64,000 bases of DNA from Oligoflexales bacterium. GTDB taxonomy: Bacteria; Bdellovibrionota_B; Oligoflexia; Oligoflexales; CAIYRB01. The stretch spans positions 1 through 64,000 of the forward strand of contig JBGSUI010000188.1 in assembly GCA_041736175.1 (NCBI GenBank). The letters run 5' to 3'. Below are positions 19,565-29,222 of this stretch, in pieces. The stretch's first letter is position 1, and the number at the start of each line of letters is the position of its first letter. The notes under the pieces were generated by a model that saw only the letters and a program-made list of their open reading frames with translations, was not told the DNA's origin and searched no databases. The translations under genes and the position numbers were made by a program.

Positions 19565-20440
19565 CTATCTGATAGTCTGGGTTTTTAACTTTCTATTCCT
19601 CTCTCTTAAAAAGGCGATGGCTTTTTCCGACCAAGCGAGGAGCCGGTTGAAATTGGTGGTGTCCTCGGATGTGGCCGCTGGTGGGGGTGGGCCAAGGACC
19701 ACTGACACCTCGGCCAGATCCTCAGCCGTGATGGATTGGGCTGCCGCCACGATTTTTTCTCGTCTTTTGGTTTCTTTGATTTCTAGAGCATTCATGGGCC
19801 GACGGCCTGATCCCGGCCTAGCCTCTTTGTCGACCATCAACACTTTAAAAAACATAAATACTTTCCAAGTATTAGCCGCATCGTCCCTCGCCCGATGCGG
19901 CGTCCCCTCAAAGGCAAGCCCTAGTCTTTGGAGGGCCTTTTCAAGCCCTGCTTTACCGACGACGTCATTGGCTGTACCCCACATCTTGTAAACGGTCTTC
20001 ATATCCTCCCAGCGGTGGCCGAAAAAGAAAAATCGGGCTTTGGTCCCGTCGTTCTCCACAGGAGGTGGGTCAAACACGCCGGGCCGTTCCGCCTCAACCT
20101 GTTTCTTGAGTTCTACCGAATCCCCGCCGCCCCAGGTGTAGAGAGTCCTGCAGGCTCCCCATTTGTCGCAAAAAGCTTTGAGAGTCTCATAGGCCTCATA
20201 GACGCTTCCACCTGCGGCGACGTCGGCGTCGGTGATGGTTGTGAGTTCTGTAATAAACGGGGAAATGGGCTCCTTTGGGTTTACAAAATAGCTCAGGGAA
20301 TCGACGATTTCACCCGTCACGACGTCGCCGACTACCGCTCCCACTTCTATAATCCGTCCTGATGGCTGGTTCATTTCTAGATCAAGGAAGACCAGATAGC
20401 GATGATGGGACTTTTTAGTGCTCATATTGATTCTCTCCAC
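19565..20440 (-). CDS. DEDDh 3'-5' exonuclease (KapD/ERI-like) with C-terminal extension
   Basis: FLDLEM, ELTTI, WGGGD and GTPHRARDDA motifs. Confidence 0.85.
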   Translation of the reverse strand: MERINMSTKKSHHRYLVFLDLEMNQPSGRIIEVGAVVGDVVTGEIVDSLSYFVNPKEPISPFITELTTITDADVAAGGSVYEAYETLKAFCDKWGACRTLYTWGGGDSVELKKQVEAERPGVFDPPPVENDGTKARFFFFGHRWEDMKTVYKMWGTANDVVGKAGLEKALQRLGLAFEGTPHRARDDAANTWKVFMFFKVLMVDKEARPGSGRRPMNALEIKETKRREKIVAAAQSITAEDLAEVSVVLGPPPPAATSEDTTNFNRLLAWSEKAIAFLRERNRKLKTQTIR

Positions 20441-20545
20441 GTTCTATGACCGGGCCTATCTATAATATCATCCTGCAGGAGGCCGCTAGGAAGAATATCA
20501 ATCTTGGGATACTTTAATTTAACTTATTTATTTTACTTGGTTTAT

Positions 20546-20608
20546 TTAGTCATATATTTTGACTCAATATTTATGACTCATAAAATTTGACTCATTTTTT
20601 TTGACTAA
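20546..20608. repeat. Five 7-bp TGACT(C/A)A-type sites at exact 14-bp periodicity
   Basis: TTAGTCA (20546; reverse complement of TGACTAA), TGACTCA (20560, 20574, 20588) and TGACTAA (20602), separated by A/T-only 7-mers. Confidence 0.85.
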
Positions 20609-20629
20609 CAGGTCAAAACCATGTAGATT
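20601..20629 (+). promoter_or_regulatory. Sigma70-like promoter of the AAA ATPase gene
   Basis: TTGACT-17bp-TAGATT; the -35 box overlaps the last repeat. Confidence 0.5.
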
Positions 20630-20664
20630 CCAATCTTAATAGGATGTTTGTAGGAGTGAGCTTT

Positions 20665-21807
20665 ATGAATGCTTTCCCGATCGATGTAACTCTAAAAAAA
20701 GACGAGATTTGCAATCTTGAAAACGAACAAACAGAGTTAATCGATCTTGCCAAAAGTGGCAAACGAGTTGTTATTTTTGGACGACGGAATACCGGGAAAA
20801 CATCGATTATTTTGAATGTAATCATTCCCCAAATGTTGAAGACAAACAAACACGCCGTTTGTGTTTTTGTAGACTTTATGGGGGTTGATTCACAGTCCGA
20901 TGTGGAAATCCGCTTAAATCGTGCCATCGAATTTGCTTTAGCGAGGGCCTATCCTGGGCGCAAATTCCTCAGCAGCTTGATGGACGCCGCAAAATCTTTT
21001 CGTCCAACCCTCGAAACCGATGCGGTGAGTGGAAGCATATCCATCTCAATCACCTCCGATCCTACAAAAAAAACGTCACACTTAGAGTCTCTCATCAGCA
21101 AGCTTGGTGAACTCCATCAATCTACAAAGGTTTTTCTCGCCTTTGATGAGTTTCAGGACATTGCCTCCGTTCGCCAGATGACGGCTCTTTTCAGAAGCGC
21201 TCTCCAGCTTCTTCCCAAAGACCTCCCGGTATTTATTTGCGGATCAAAAAAACACCTCCTTGCGTCCATGTTTGGCCCCCATAAAGCGCCATTCGCGGGT
21301 TGGGGACGTGACCTCGAAATTCCGACGATTCGAAGTAAGGCCTATCTTCATAAGTATTACGACTACGCATCCACCAGACTTACGAACGCCAATATCAAAA
21401 TCGATATGGAGTCATTCGCCTATCTTGTCGACCAGTGTGATGGCATCCCCGAGGCTGTCAATATTGTGCTCGAAAATCTGTTGCGCAGGTGTCCTGGCAA
21501 ATCCGTCTACCAAGAAGATATCAATGGGGGTCTTGTCGCCGTTATCGATGAGAGGCGCGGAAGATTCGAGGAGCAGCTGATGAGGTTCCGTTCTCCAGAG
21601 AAACTGGTTTTGTCCATGATCGCTAAACATGGACCCATCAAACACCCTAAAGGTAAAGATTTTTTGTCTTTACTGAGATCCCTCTCTCCCTCGACGGTTT
21701 TTAATGCTATTCGTCAACTAGAACGGAATGCTGATATTTACAGCACGGACCTTGGATTCGTCGTATCCGATCCACTCCTTAGTATTTTTTTGCGTCGTTA
21801 TCGCTAA
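20665..21807 (+). CDS. AAA/archaeal-type ATPase with C-terminal winged HTH
   Basis: Walker A GRRNTGKT, Walker B LAFDEFQ, C-terminal SPSTVFNAIRQL...VSDPLL; SD AGGAG before MNAF. Confidence 0.85.
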   Translation: MNAFPIDVTLKKDEICNLENEQTELIDLAKSGKRVVIFGRRNTGKTSIILNVIIPQMLKTNKHAVCVFVDFMGVDSQSDVEIRLNRAIEFALARAYPGRKFLSSLMDAAKSFRPTLETDAVSGSISISITSDPTKKTSHLESLISKLGELHQSTKVFLAFDEFQDIASVRQMTALFRSALQLLPKDLPVFICGSKKHLLASMFGPHKAPFAGWGRDLEIPTIRSKAYLHKYYDYASTRLTNANIKIDMESFAYLVDQCDGIPEAVNIVLENLLRRCPGKSVYQEDINGGLVAVIDERRGRFEEQLMRFRSPEKLVLSMIAKHGPIKHPKGKDFLSLLRSLSPSTVFNAIRQLERNADIYSTDLGFVVSDPLLSIFLRRYR

Positions 21808-21851
21808 GGGACTACATTGATCGTTGCCTAAGATTTGACAGGAGATTTTCG

Positions 21852-22346
21852 ATGGCTATTCGGATTCTGATCACAGGGGGAACTTTTGACAAAGAGTACA
21901 ACGAACTCGATGGGGGACTGTTTTTTAAAGACACCCATGTCCCCGAAATCTTAAAGCTAGGCCGCTCCCAAGTCCCCGTCTCCTTGCGAACCCTTATGCT
22001 GCTTGACAGCCTTGAGCTTACGGATGCCGACCGACAGATTATCCTGGATCAGTGCCTAAAGTGCCCAGAGACAAAGGTCGTGATCACCCATGGGACCGAT
22101 ACGATGGTCGAGACCGCAAAGTTTTTAGGGCCACGGGTCCAAGATCGTACCGTGGTCCTGACCGGAGCTATGATTCCCTATACCTTTGGTAGCTCCGACG
22201 GACTCTTCAATCTCGGCAGTGCTTTAGCCTATGCCCAGACCCTCCCAAAGGGCGTCTATATCGCGATGAACGGTCGTTACTTTTCGTGGGATAACGTCAC
22301 AAAGAATCGTCAACTTGGTTGTTTTGAAGAGCTTCGAAACCCATGA
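21852..22346 (+). CDS. Asparaginase N-terminal-domain protein
   Basis: TGGT and THGTDTM motifs; only 164 aa. Confidence 0.88.
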   Translation: MAIRILITGGTFDKEYNELDGGLFFKDTHVPEILKLGRSQVPVSLRTLMLLDSLELTDADRQIILDQCLKCPETKVVITHGTDTMVETAKFLGPRVQDRTVVLTGAMIPYTFGSSDGLFNLGSALAYAQTLPKGVYIAMNGRYFSWDNVTKNRQLGCFEELRNP

Positions 22347-22359
22347 GGATCTTAGTCAT

Positions 22360-22387
22360 AAAAAAAGATCTCGACGGGAGATCTTTT
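22360..22387. terminator. Rho-independent terminator (bidirectional, longer U-tract on minus strand)
   Basis: AAAAAAAGATCTC-GACGG-GAGATCTTTT. Confidence 0.7.
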
Positions 22388-22640
22388 AAATGAATATGAT
22401 AAGATGATTATTAGATTTCAGAAATTACAAGAAACCAGTCTTGACTCCGGTAGGGTGGTGCGAGTAGAGAGGAGATTCTCATATTCGCTTTCTGCAAAGG
22501 TATGAGTGATTATTGGGGTGGCTTGCGTCCATATTGGGTGGGTACATCCTAGAAAGCGTAAAGGGGATTGTTCCCTGAGACATGGAAGGCTTCCAAATTT
22601 ATCCCAACTCAATGGAATCAGTTGGATCTTGGGAACACAT
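22360..22640 (-). ncRNA. Candidate structured small RNA
   Basis: Extended -10 TGGTACAAT (minus strand, 22647-22655), nested hairpins and a minus-strand terminator; no convincing ORF. Confidence 0.3.
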
Positions 22641-22747
22641 GTGGGAATTGTACCAAATGCTCCGTACCAGGGAAAAAAGGACGAGACTCCTTTAATTTTG
22701 TCGGACTCAGGCTTATTTATCGACCAATGTTAAGGTGGTAGATCTCT

Positions 22748-25700
22748 TTGGGAGTGAACACATTGGCGCAAAGGCGCAAAAAGCGAAATCGTAGCGGTCC
22801 TAATGCACCTGGAACTGATCAAAGTCAGCCTCAGTCTGTAAGACCTCCATCCTTTACCAGATCACTCGCTCCAGCAGTGGAGGGAGATGTTCGACAACGG
22901 GGAGATATCTATTTTCAGCAGGGAAGGGTCCTCGAACCTCAAGCAACCCCTGAAAGGATTTCTTCCCAGGTCAACGGTAAAGGTGGCCAATACACCGTTA
23001 CGATCGATTTGGCACTGGATCCAAAAAAACGCCGAGCGGCGATTAGCGCTCTGTGTAGTTGTCCATTTTTTGCTGAGGGGCGAGGATGCTGCAAACACAT
23101 TTGGGCTGTTCTAGTCTTTGCAGATCACTCTAAAGAAACACTTTTTAAGGTTCCACCGGGGTTTCAAGTGGGATTTCTCAAGCGCAATACACCGACTCCA
23201 CGTAAACTGCCTGCTGTTGTTAGCGTCGCGCCGGGCGAATCTAGCCGCATCAGAGCTTTTTCGGCCCGAGACTTGGCGTCTCCGGGTACCAATCGTGAGC
23301 CTGAACCAAGGCCTCCCGAACATCGATCGGGTCGCAACGACCAGCCCAACTGGCGCGACGCCCTTAAGATGGTCTCCCATACCCAACGGGACCTTTGGGA
23401 ATCGAAACAAAAGATTTCGCCTCAAGCAGCCCAAGATCTCCACTACGTCCTCGATGTGGAGCAGACTAAACGCTCGGGACAACTTACGATTCAGCTCTAT
23501 CGAAGCATGGGAGTCACTGCACCTGACGAATCCCAAACTTTTTTACTCGTTCCGGCGGCGATCGATCCCCATATTCTCGACTCCCTAAGCGAAGGTACTG
23601 ATCGAGAAGTCCTCATGAACTTTTTTGGGGTCGCATCAACAACCGTCGCCCGAGCGGGGACCTGGGAAGACGGAGCCACCAATCTCAGGACTCGAGGCCA
23701 CTCTTTTGTGGTCGCCGATTGTCTCCGCTTAGATCTTATCCGTAAATTAGCCCAAACTGGTCGGTTTGGATGGCTTTCCCTCGATGAGATTAAAAATGAA
23801 AAAGACCGCGGAGAACCTTCGCCTGGAGCTTCCGCGGCACCTCATTCTCCCCAAGTCCCGCCGGTCCACGGTCTGGATCCTCAGGTCTTTAAGCCTATCG
23901 GCCTAGACGAGGGTGACATGTGGTCATTTCAGCTAAACGTGTCTCCCCGTAAACAAGACGGCATGTGGCTCATACGAGGTGAAATCACTCGAAACAAAGA
24001 GGTCCTCCCCTTAGCCTATGCCCTTGCCACCTTCCACGATGGCCTTGTGATTTTAAAAGACAAAATAGTATTTGTCGCTGCCCAAGACCCCCGCCAGGGA
24101 GGCTGGATGCCTGCGATCAGGCAATTTGGAACGATTCGAGTAGACAAGCCCTCCCAAGCTTCCTTCCTGAGAGCCTATGCGGATCAAGTCGGTGCTCCCG
24201 CCATTGAACTACCCATCGAAAGTGGTTGGAGTCTCATGCGGGGAATCCCTAAGCCAAAACTGATTTTTTCTTCAGCACCCTTCCATGAAAAAGCTATGGT
24301 TCTTATGGCTAATCATGAGTTTGACTATGAAATCCCTCCAGGACCTGCTTTCTTAGAAGACCCACGGATCCAAACCCTAAGAACTCCGGGAATGCCCCTT
24401 GCTGCAACTGAGGGTGAAGGCGACGGCACGGGAGAGGCAGTCAGTGCTGAGACCAAAACAGTGCCGAAAGAGACTCTCCCTGAAATCCCCCAAACCCGGG
24501 TGATCCTTAAACGGGATCCTGAGCAAGAAGAAGTTTTGATCAGAGACCTTTGTGCCCATTCTGGAGTCCATCCTTCGGCTGGACGCGGGGTTTCAGGAGC
24601 TGATGTTTTTGTGGATACATCGTCCCTTTCGGAGCTAGTGGCGGATCTAACCTTAAGAGGTTGGTCTGTGGAGGCCGAAGGCAAAAAAGTAAGAACCGGT
24701 CGGAGTTTTAATGTTGATGTGAAGTCCAATATGGACTGGCTCGATTTGAGGGCCCGGTTTGATTTTGGCGACGGCCATGGGATCGACCTGCCAAAGATTC
24801 TTGAAGCGATGCGCAAGGGCGAAGATCGCATCCAACTCAATGATGGCACCGTGGGACTCTTGCCCGAATCTTGGCTCAAGCAGTTAGAGCCGATTTTGAA
24901 AATGGGGGAGTCCCTCGAAAATTCCGATACCCTACGCTACCAGTCCACCCATGCGGCTTTTTTAGATATCCTGGTAGAAGCTGCAGAGACTGCTTCTATC
25001 GATGAGTCTTTCGCGGCCTACCGAGCTAAGCTAGCAACATTTAGCGGCATCCAAACCTCCCGGTGTGCTGCTACTTTCAAGGGGGAGTTGCGTCCCTACC
25101 AAAACCAAGGTTTAGGTTGGCTAGAGTTTCTGGATGAGTTTGCTTTTGGTGGCTGTCTCGCTGATGATATGGGTTTAGGTAAAACCGTCCAGGTACTGGC
25201 CCACCTCCAAAAGCGACGCCTGGACCAGAAAAAGGCTCTTAAGAGCACACAAAAAGACAAGCTGCTTCCAAACCTTGTCGTAGCCCCCACCAGCCTTATT
25301 CATAACTGGGTGGACGAAGCCCAGCGATTTGTTCCCGATATCAAGGTAGCTCCCCATATGGGTGCCTCCCGGTGCCGAGAACCTGCGGAGCTCAGCCGTT
25401 TTGATATCATCGTCACCTCCTATGGGACCATGCGTAGCGATATCGAGATGCTCGGTTCCATGAACTTCGATTACGTGATATTAGACGAGGCCCAGGCGAT
25501 CAAGAACGATACAACCCAAGCGGCTAAAGCAGCAAGGGCGCTGAAGGCCAAAAGGCGTCTAGCGATGTCCGGAACTCCCGTGGAAAATCGCCTGTCGGAA
25601 CTGGGATCTCTCTTTCGGTTTTTAAATCCAGGCATGTTTGAAAATGCTGCGGCCTTTGCCGAGCTGTTTTCAGGTCCTGCAAAACTCACCCCTGGACGCT

Positions 25701-26494
25701 TGACGACCTTAGCGAAAGCTTTGCGGCCCTTTATCTTACGGCGTACCAAGGAACAAGTCCTTCCTGATCTGCCTGGCAAGACCGAAACAACCATCTACTG
25801 CGTTCTCGATGATGATGCCCGTAAGGAATACGATCAGCTTTCGGCCCATTACCGAGCTTCCTTGAAGAAACAAGTCAAAACGGCCGGAATGCAAAAAACC
25901 AGGATGCAAGTCCTCGAAGCCCTCCTCCGCCTCAGACAGCTAGCCTGCCACCCTGCCTTGATCGATCCGAAAAGGATGGCCGATCCCAGCGCCAAACTGG
26001 ATCTGTTAGAAGAACAATTGGAAGAGGTGGTCAACAACGGTCGAAAAGCACTGGTGTTTAGTCAATTTACATCTATGCTGGCAATCGTCAAAAACCGTTT
26101 AGATGCCCGTGGAATCCCCTATGAATATCTGGACGGATCGACCACTGACCGTAAAGAAAGAGTGGAGAATTTCCAGAACAACGAAAAAATCCAGTTGTTT
26201 TTGATCAGCCTTAAGGCTGGCGGGGTCGGGCTCAATCTAACGGCTGCGGACTATTGTTTTATCCTGGATCCCTGGTGGAATCCCGCCAGCGAAGCCCAGG
26301 CCATCGACCGAGCCCATCGGATCGGCCAAAAAAACCATGTTTTTGCCTATCGACTTATTGCCAGGGGGACCGTAGAAGAGAAAATCCTCGAACTCCAAGC
26401 GGCCAAACGCAAGCTTGTCGACGGTATCATTGCGGCAGATGGTGATATCCTCACAGAAATGACCGTCGAAGATCTGGATTTTCTGTTAGGGTAG
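22748..26494 (+). CDS. SWIM zinc finger / SNF2 family helicase
   Basis: CSC..CKH SWIM motif; LADDMGLGKT, DEAQ, SGTPVEN, SLKAGGVGLNL and QAIDRAHRIGQ. Confidence 0.93.
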   Translation: MGVNTLAQRRKKRNRSGPNAPGTDQSQPQSVRPPSFTRSLAPAVEGDVRQRGDIYFQQGRVLEPQATPERISSQVNGKGGQYTVTIDLALDPKKRRAAISALCSCPFFAEGRGCCKHIWAVLVFADHSKETLFKVPPGFQVGFLKRNTPTPRKLPAVVSVAPGESSRIRAFSARDLASPGTNREPEPRPPEHRSGRNDQPNWRDALKMVSHTQRDLWESKQKISPQAAQDLHYVLDVEQTKRSGQLTIQLYRSMGVTAPDESQTFLLVPAAIDPHILDSLSEGTDREVLMNFFGVASTTVARAGTWEDGATNLRTRGHSFVVADCLRLDLIRKLAQTGRFGWLSLDEIKNEKDRGEPSPGASAAPHSPQVPPVHGLDPQVFKPIGLDEGDMWSFQLNVSPRKQDGMWLIRGEITRNKEVLPLAYALATFHDGLVILKDKIVFVAAQDPRQGGWMPAIRQFGTIRVDKPSQASFLRAYADQVGAPAIELPIESGWSLMRGIPKPKLIFSSAPFHEKAMVLMANHEFDYEIPPGPAFLEDPRIQTLRTPGMPLAATEGEGDGTGEAVSAETKTVPKETLPEIPQTRVILKRDPEQEEVLIRDLCAHSGVHPSAGRGVSGADVFVDTSSLSELVADLTLRGWSVEAEGKKVRTGRSFNVDVKSNMDWLDLRARFDFGDGHGIDLPKILEAMRKGEDRIQLNDGTVGLLPESWLKQLEPILKMGESLENSDTLRYQSTHAAFLDILVEAAETASIDESFAAYRAKLATFSGIQTSRCAATFKGELRPYQNQGLGWLEFLDEFAFGGCLADDMGLGKTVQVLAHLQKRRLDQKKALKSTQKDKLLPNLVVAPTSLIHNWVDEAQRFVPDIKVAPHMGASRCREPAELSRFDIIVTSYGTMRSDIEMLGSMNFDYVILDEAQAIKNDTTQAAKAARALKAKRRLAMSGTPVENRLSELGSLFRFLNPGMFENAAAFAELFSGPAKLTPGRLTTLAKALRPFILRRTKEQVLPDLPGKTETTIYCVLDDDARKEYDQLSAHYRASLKKQVKTAGMQKTRMQVLEALLRLRQLACHPALIDPKRMADPSAKLDLLEEQLEEVVNNGRKALVFSQFTSMLAIVKNRLDARGIPYEYLDGSTTDRKERVENFQNNEKIQLFLISLKAGGVGLNLTAADYCFILDPWWNPASEAQAIDRAHRIGQKNHVFAYRLIARGTVEEKILELQAAKRKLVDGIIAADGDILTEMTVEDLDFLLG

Positions 26495-26534
26495 CTTTTT
26501 TGCGGAAAGCCGCCACCTTGATCAGGAGGCGCAG

Positions 26535-29222
26535 ATGGATCTTAAGGCAGAACGCAGCTATTTCGAAGGGTCACCGGAGCAGGTGGCCACTCTTCTCGAA
26601 ACCGATTTAGTCCTTGGCCTCCCTCTGGACCAAGTTTCCGAGAGGGCCAAAACATATGGGCCCAACGCCCTAAAAGTGGGAGACCGAAAAAACCCCTTCT
26701 TGATGTTCTTAAAGCAGTTTAAGGATTTGTTGATTCTTATCCTTATTGCCGCAGCTTTAGTGACCGCACTCCTGGGAGAGACCACCGACTTTTTTGTTAT
26801 TTTAGGGATTGTGATACTCAACGGACTATTGGGATTTTTCCAGGAGTATCGCACCGAAAAGACTATGCAATCTTTGGCCAAACTGACGCCCCAAAAAGCG
26901 CTGGTCCAAAGACAATCCGGCAAAACTAAATCACATGAAAAACAAATCATCAGCGCCGCTGACCTAGTCCCAGGGGACCTGGTTTTTCTAGAAGCGGGTG
27001 ACCGCATCCCTGCAGACCTAAGGCTGATCACCACGACAAATCTGACCATAAACGAATCCCTGCTCACGGGAGAATCGGTCCCAATCCTCAAGAATCACCA
27101 AGGGCTACCAAAAAAAAACCTAGCTCTGGGAGATCAAGTCAACCTCGCTTTCAGTGGAACCTTTGTCACTAGCGGGCATGGATCGGGCCTGGTTTACGCC
27201 GTGGGTCAAAAAACCGAACTCGGCAAGATCGCCCATTTAGTGGAGCAAGGGAATGCTGGGCTGACGCCTTTGCAAATGCGGCTCAATCAACTTGGCAGGC
27301 GAATTGCCGCCGTCGTTGGAGTCCTTTGCTGCCTTTACTTTGGCTTTGGTTTTCTTCGGGGCAATGATCCCTTAATTATCTTTATGACCGCCATAAGCCT
27401 CGCTGTTGCAGCCATTCCCGAAGCCTTACCCGCTGTCATTACCCTTATGCTCGCTCTTGGCGCAAGACGCATGGCGAGACAAAAGGCTTTGGTCAAAAGT
27501 TTACCCGCAGTGGAAACTTTAGGATCAGTCACCTATATCTGTACGGATAAGACAGGGACCTTAACCGAAAATAAAATGCAAGTTCAAAGCCTCTTGATAG
27601 CGACTCCTGAGGGGCCAAGCAGGCTGGTTTTAGCCAGTGATTTTAAAAATCGTGAAGAGCCAAGCTCCCTCGCCCTACTCCAAGCCATGGCCCTCAACCA
27701 AAATTGTGAACTCAGTCGCGAGGGCGTCCTCTTAGGTGATCCCACAGAAATTGCTCTGGCTGTCTTTGCTCAAAATCAAGGTCTTAAGCGGTCTGAGCTA
27801 GAGTTGGAGACACCTAGGATTGGCGAACTCCCCTTTGCATTTAACACAAGATTTATGGTGACAGCCCATCAACAGAGTGAGGGGATAGGGAAGAGTGGAG
27901 TCCAAAAATCTACTTTACTAATTGTAAAGGGTGCAGCTGAAGCTGTGATCAAGCTGCTCCCACCGCACCAGCAACAGGGGTGGAGTGATGCAGCCAATCA
28001 TCTTGCCACCCTTGGCCTCCGGGTTTTGCTTTATGCCACCACAGAGACCGAGCAAGTTAAGTTGCCTTTAGAGTTGGCCCAAATTTCCCAATACAGCTTT
28101 CAGCCCATAGGACTCGTTGGGCTCGAAGATCCACCGCGCCAAGAGGTTGCAGAGTCCATCGCCAAATGCCACCGAGCAGGGATCAAGGTCGTTATGATGA
28201 CGGGGGATCACCCATTGACAGCCAGGGGGATTGCGCTCAAAACAGGCCTTATCCACGACAGCATGTCCCTGGAGCATCAAAAGGTGACCCTTGGCTCAGA
28301 GTTGGACAACCTACCCGACGACGTCTTAACTGATACGATCCACAACACCAGGGTCTATGCCCGCGTCAACCCTGAACAAAAAATCAGGATTGTAGAACAC
28401 CTTCAAAAACAAGGTGAGTTTGTGGCGATGACAGGGGACGGTGTCAATGACGCCCCCGCTCTCAAACGAGCCAATATTGGAATCGCTATGGGTCTTAGTG
28501 GAACCGATGTGGCACGGGAAGCCTCCCAGATGGTTCTTTTGGACGATCATTTTGAAACCATTGTGGTGGCCATTAAAGAAGGTCGACGCATCTATGACAA
28601 TATTCGAAAGTTTGTTCGCTACAGTTTAACAACTAACTCCGGTGAGCTTGGAACCATGTTGTTGGCCCCCTTCTTTGGGCTTCCTATACCACTGTTGCCA
28701 ATCCATATCCTGTGGATTAATCTTATCACCGATGGGCTTCCTGGACTTTCTCTTATCGGTGAAAAAGGCGAGCCCGACATTATGGACCGTCCACCTCAAA
28801 ACCCTAAAGAAAGTATACTGGCAAGGGGCCTGTGGCAGCATGTGCTTTGGGTGGGAATCCTTTTGGCCGCGATCAATATCGGCACGGCAGCTTGGTTTTA
28901 TTTCGATGGTTCTCCAAGGTGGCAAACCGTGGTTTTCACCACCGTGACATTGAGCCAATTAGGGCACCTCCTAGGGATTCGGTCCAGATCCAGAACCATC
29001 TTTAGTAAAGATTTTTTCACTAATCCTTGGCTTTTGGCCAGCATCCTTTGGGCTGTTTCCATGCAACTCCTCGTTATCTACCATCCGACCCTCAATCGAA
29101 TTTTTAAAACCACGCCTCTATCGATTTCTGAGTTTAGTCTTGCTGGAGGATTTGCTGTCATAGTTTTAGTGGCTGTAGAACTAGAAAAGCGCTGGCATTG
29201 CCGAAAAATGCGCCTCATTTAA
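26535..29222 (+). CDS. Cation-transporting P-type ATPase (Ca2+, type IIA-like)
   Basis: TGES, PEALP, DKTGT, TGDGVNDAP and ILWINLITDG motifs. Confidence 0.93.
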   Translation: MDLKAERSYFEGSPEQVATLLETDLVLGLPLDQVSERAKTYGPNALKVGDRKNPFLMFLKQFKDLLILILIAAALVTALLGETTDFFVILGIVILNGLLGFFQEYRTEKTMQSLAKLTPQKALVQRQSGKTKSHEKQIISAADLVPGDLVFLEAGDRIPADLRLITTTNLTINESLLTGESVPILKNHQGLPKKNLALGDQVNLAFSGTFVTSGHGSGLVYAVGQKTELGKIAHLVEQGNAGLTPLQMRLNQLGRRIAAVVGVLCCLYFGFGFLRGNDPLIIFMTAISLAVAAIPEALPAVITLMLALGARRMARQKALVKSLPAVETLGSVTYICTDKTGTLTENKMQVQSLLIATPEGPSRLVLASDFKNREEPSSLALLQAMALNQNCELSREGVLLGDPTEIALAVFAQNQGLKRSELELETPRIGELPFAFNTRFMVTAHQQSEGIGKSGVQKSTLLIVKGAAEAVIKLLPPHQQQGWSDAANHLATLGLRVLLYATTETEQVKLPLELAQISQYSFQPIGLVGLEDPPRQEVAESIAKCHRAGIKVVMMTGDHPLTARGIALKTGLIHDSMSLEHQKVTLGSELDNLPDDVLTDTIHNTRVYARVNPEQKIRIVEHLQKQGEFVAMTGDGVNDAPALKRANIGIAMGLSGTDVAREASQMVLLDDHFETIVVAIKEGRRIYDNIRKFVRYSLTTNSGELGTMLLAPFFGLPIPLLPIHILWINLITDGLPGLSLIGEKGEPDIMDRPPQNPKESILARGLWQHVLWVGILLAAINIGTAAWFYFDGSPRWQTVVFTTVTLSQLGHLLGIRSRSRTIFSKDFFTNPWLLASILWAVSMQLLVIYHPTLNRIFKTTPLSISEFSLAGGFAVIVLVAVELEKRWHCRKMRLI

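Noticed and set aside
19467..19991. 174-aa plus-strand ORF
   Set aside because: Antisense shadow of the exonuclease gene with no recognisable motifs.
20546..20608. 14-bp periodic array as a mini-CRISPR
   Set aside because: Repeats and spacers are only 7 bp and there are no cas genes; reported as a binding-site array instead.
22418..22733. 64-aa (minus) and 75-aa (plus) ORFs in the asparaginase-SNF2 gap
   Set aside because: No SD, non-ATG starts and no motifs; the region is better explained as non-coding.
24325..24879. 184-aa minus-strand ORF and similar ORFs inside the SNF2, P-type ATPase, GH2 and ribosomal genes
   Set aside because: Antisense or alternate-frame shadows of well-supported genes, with Ser/Arg-rich composition.
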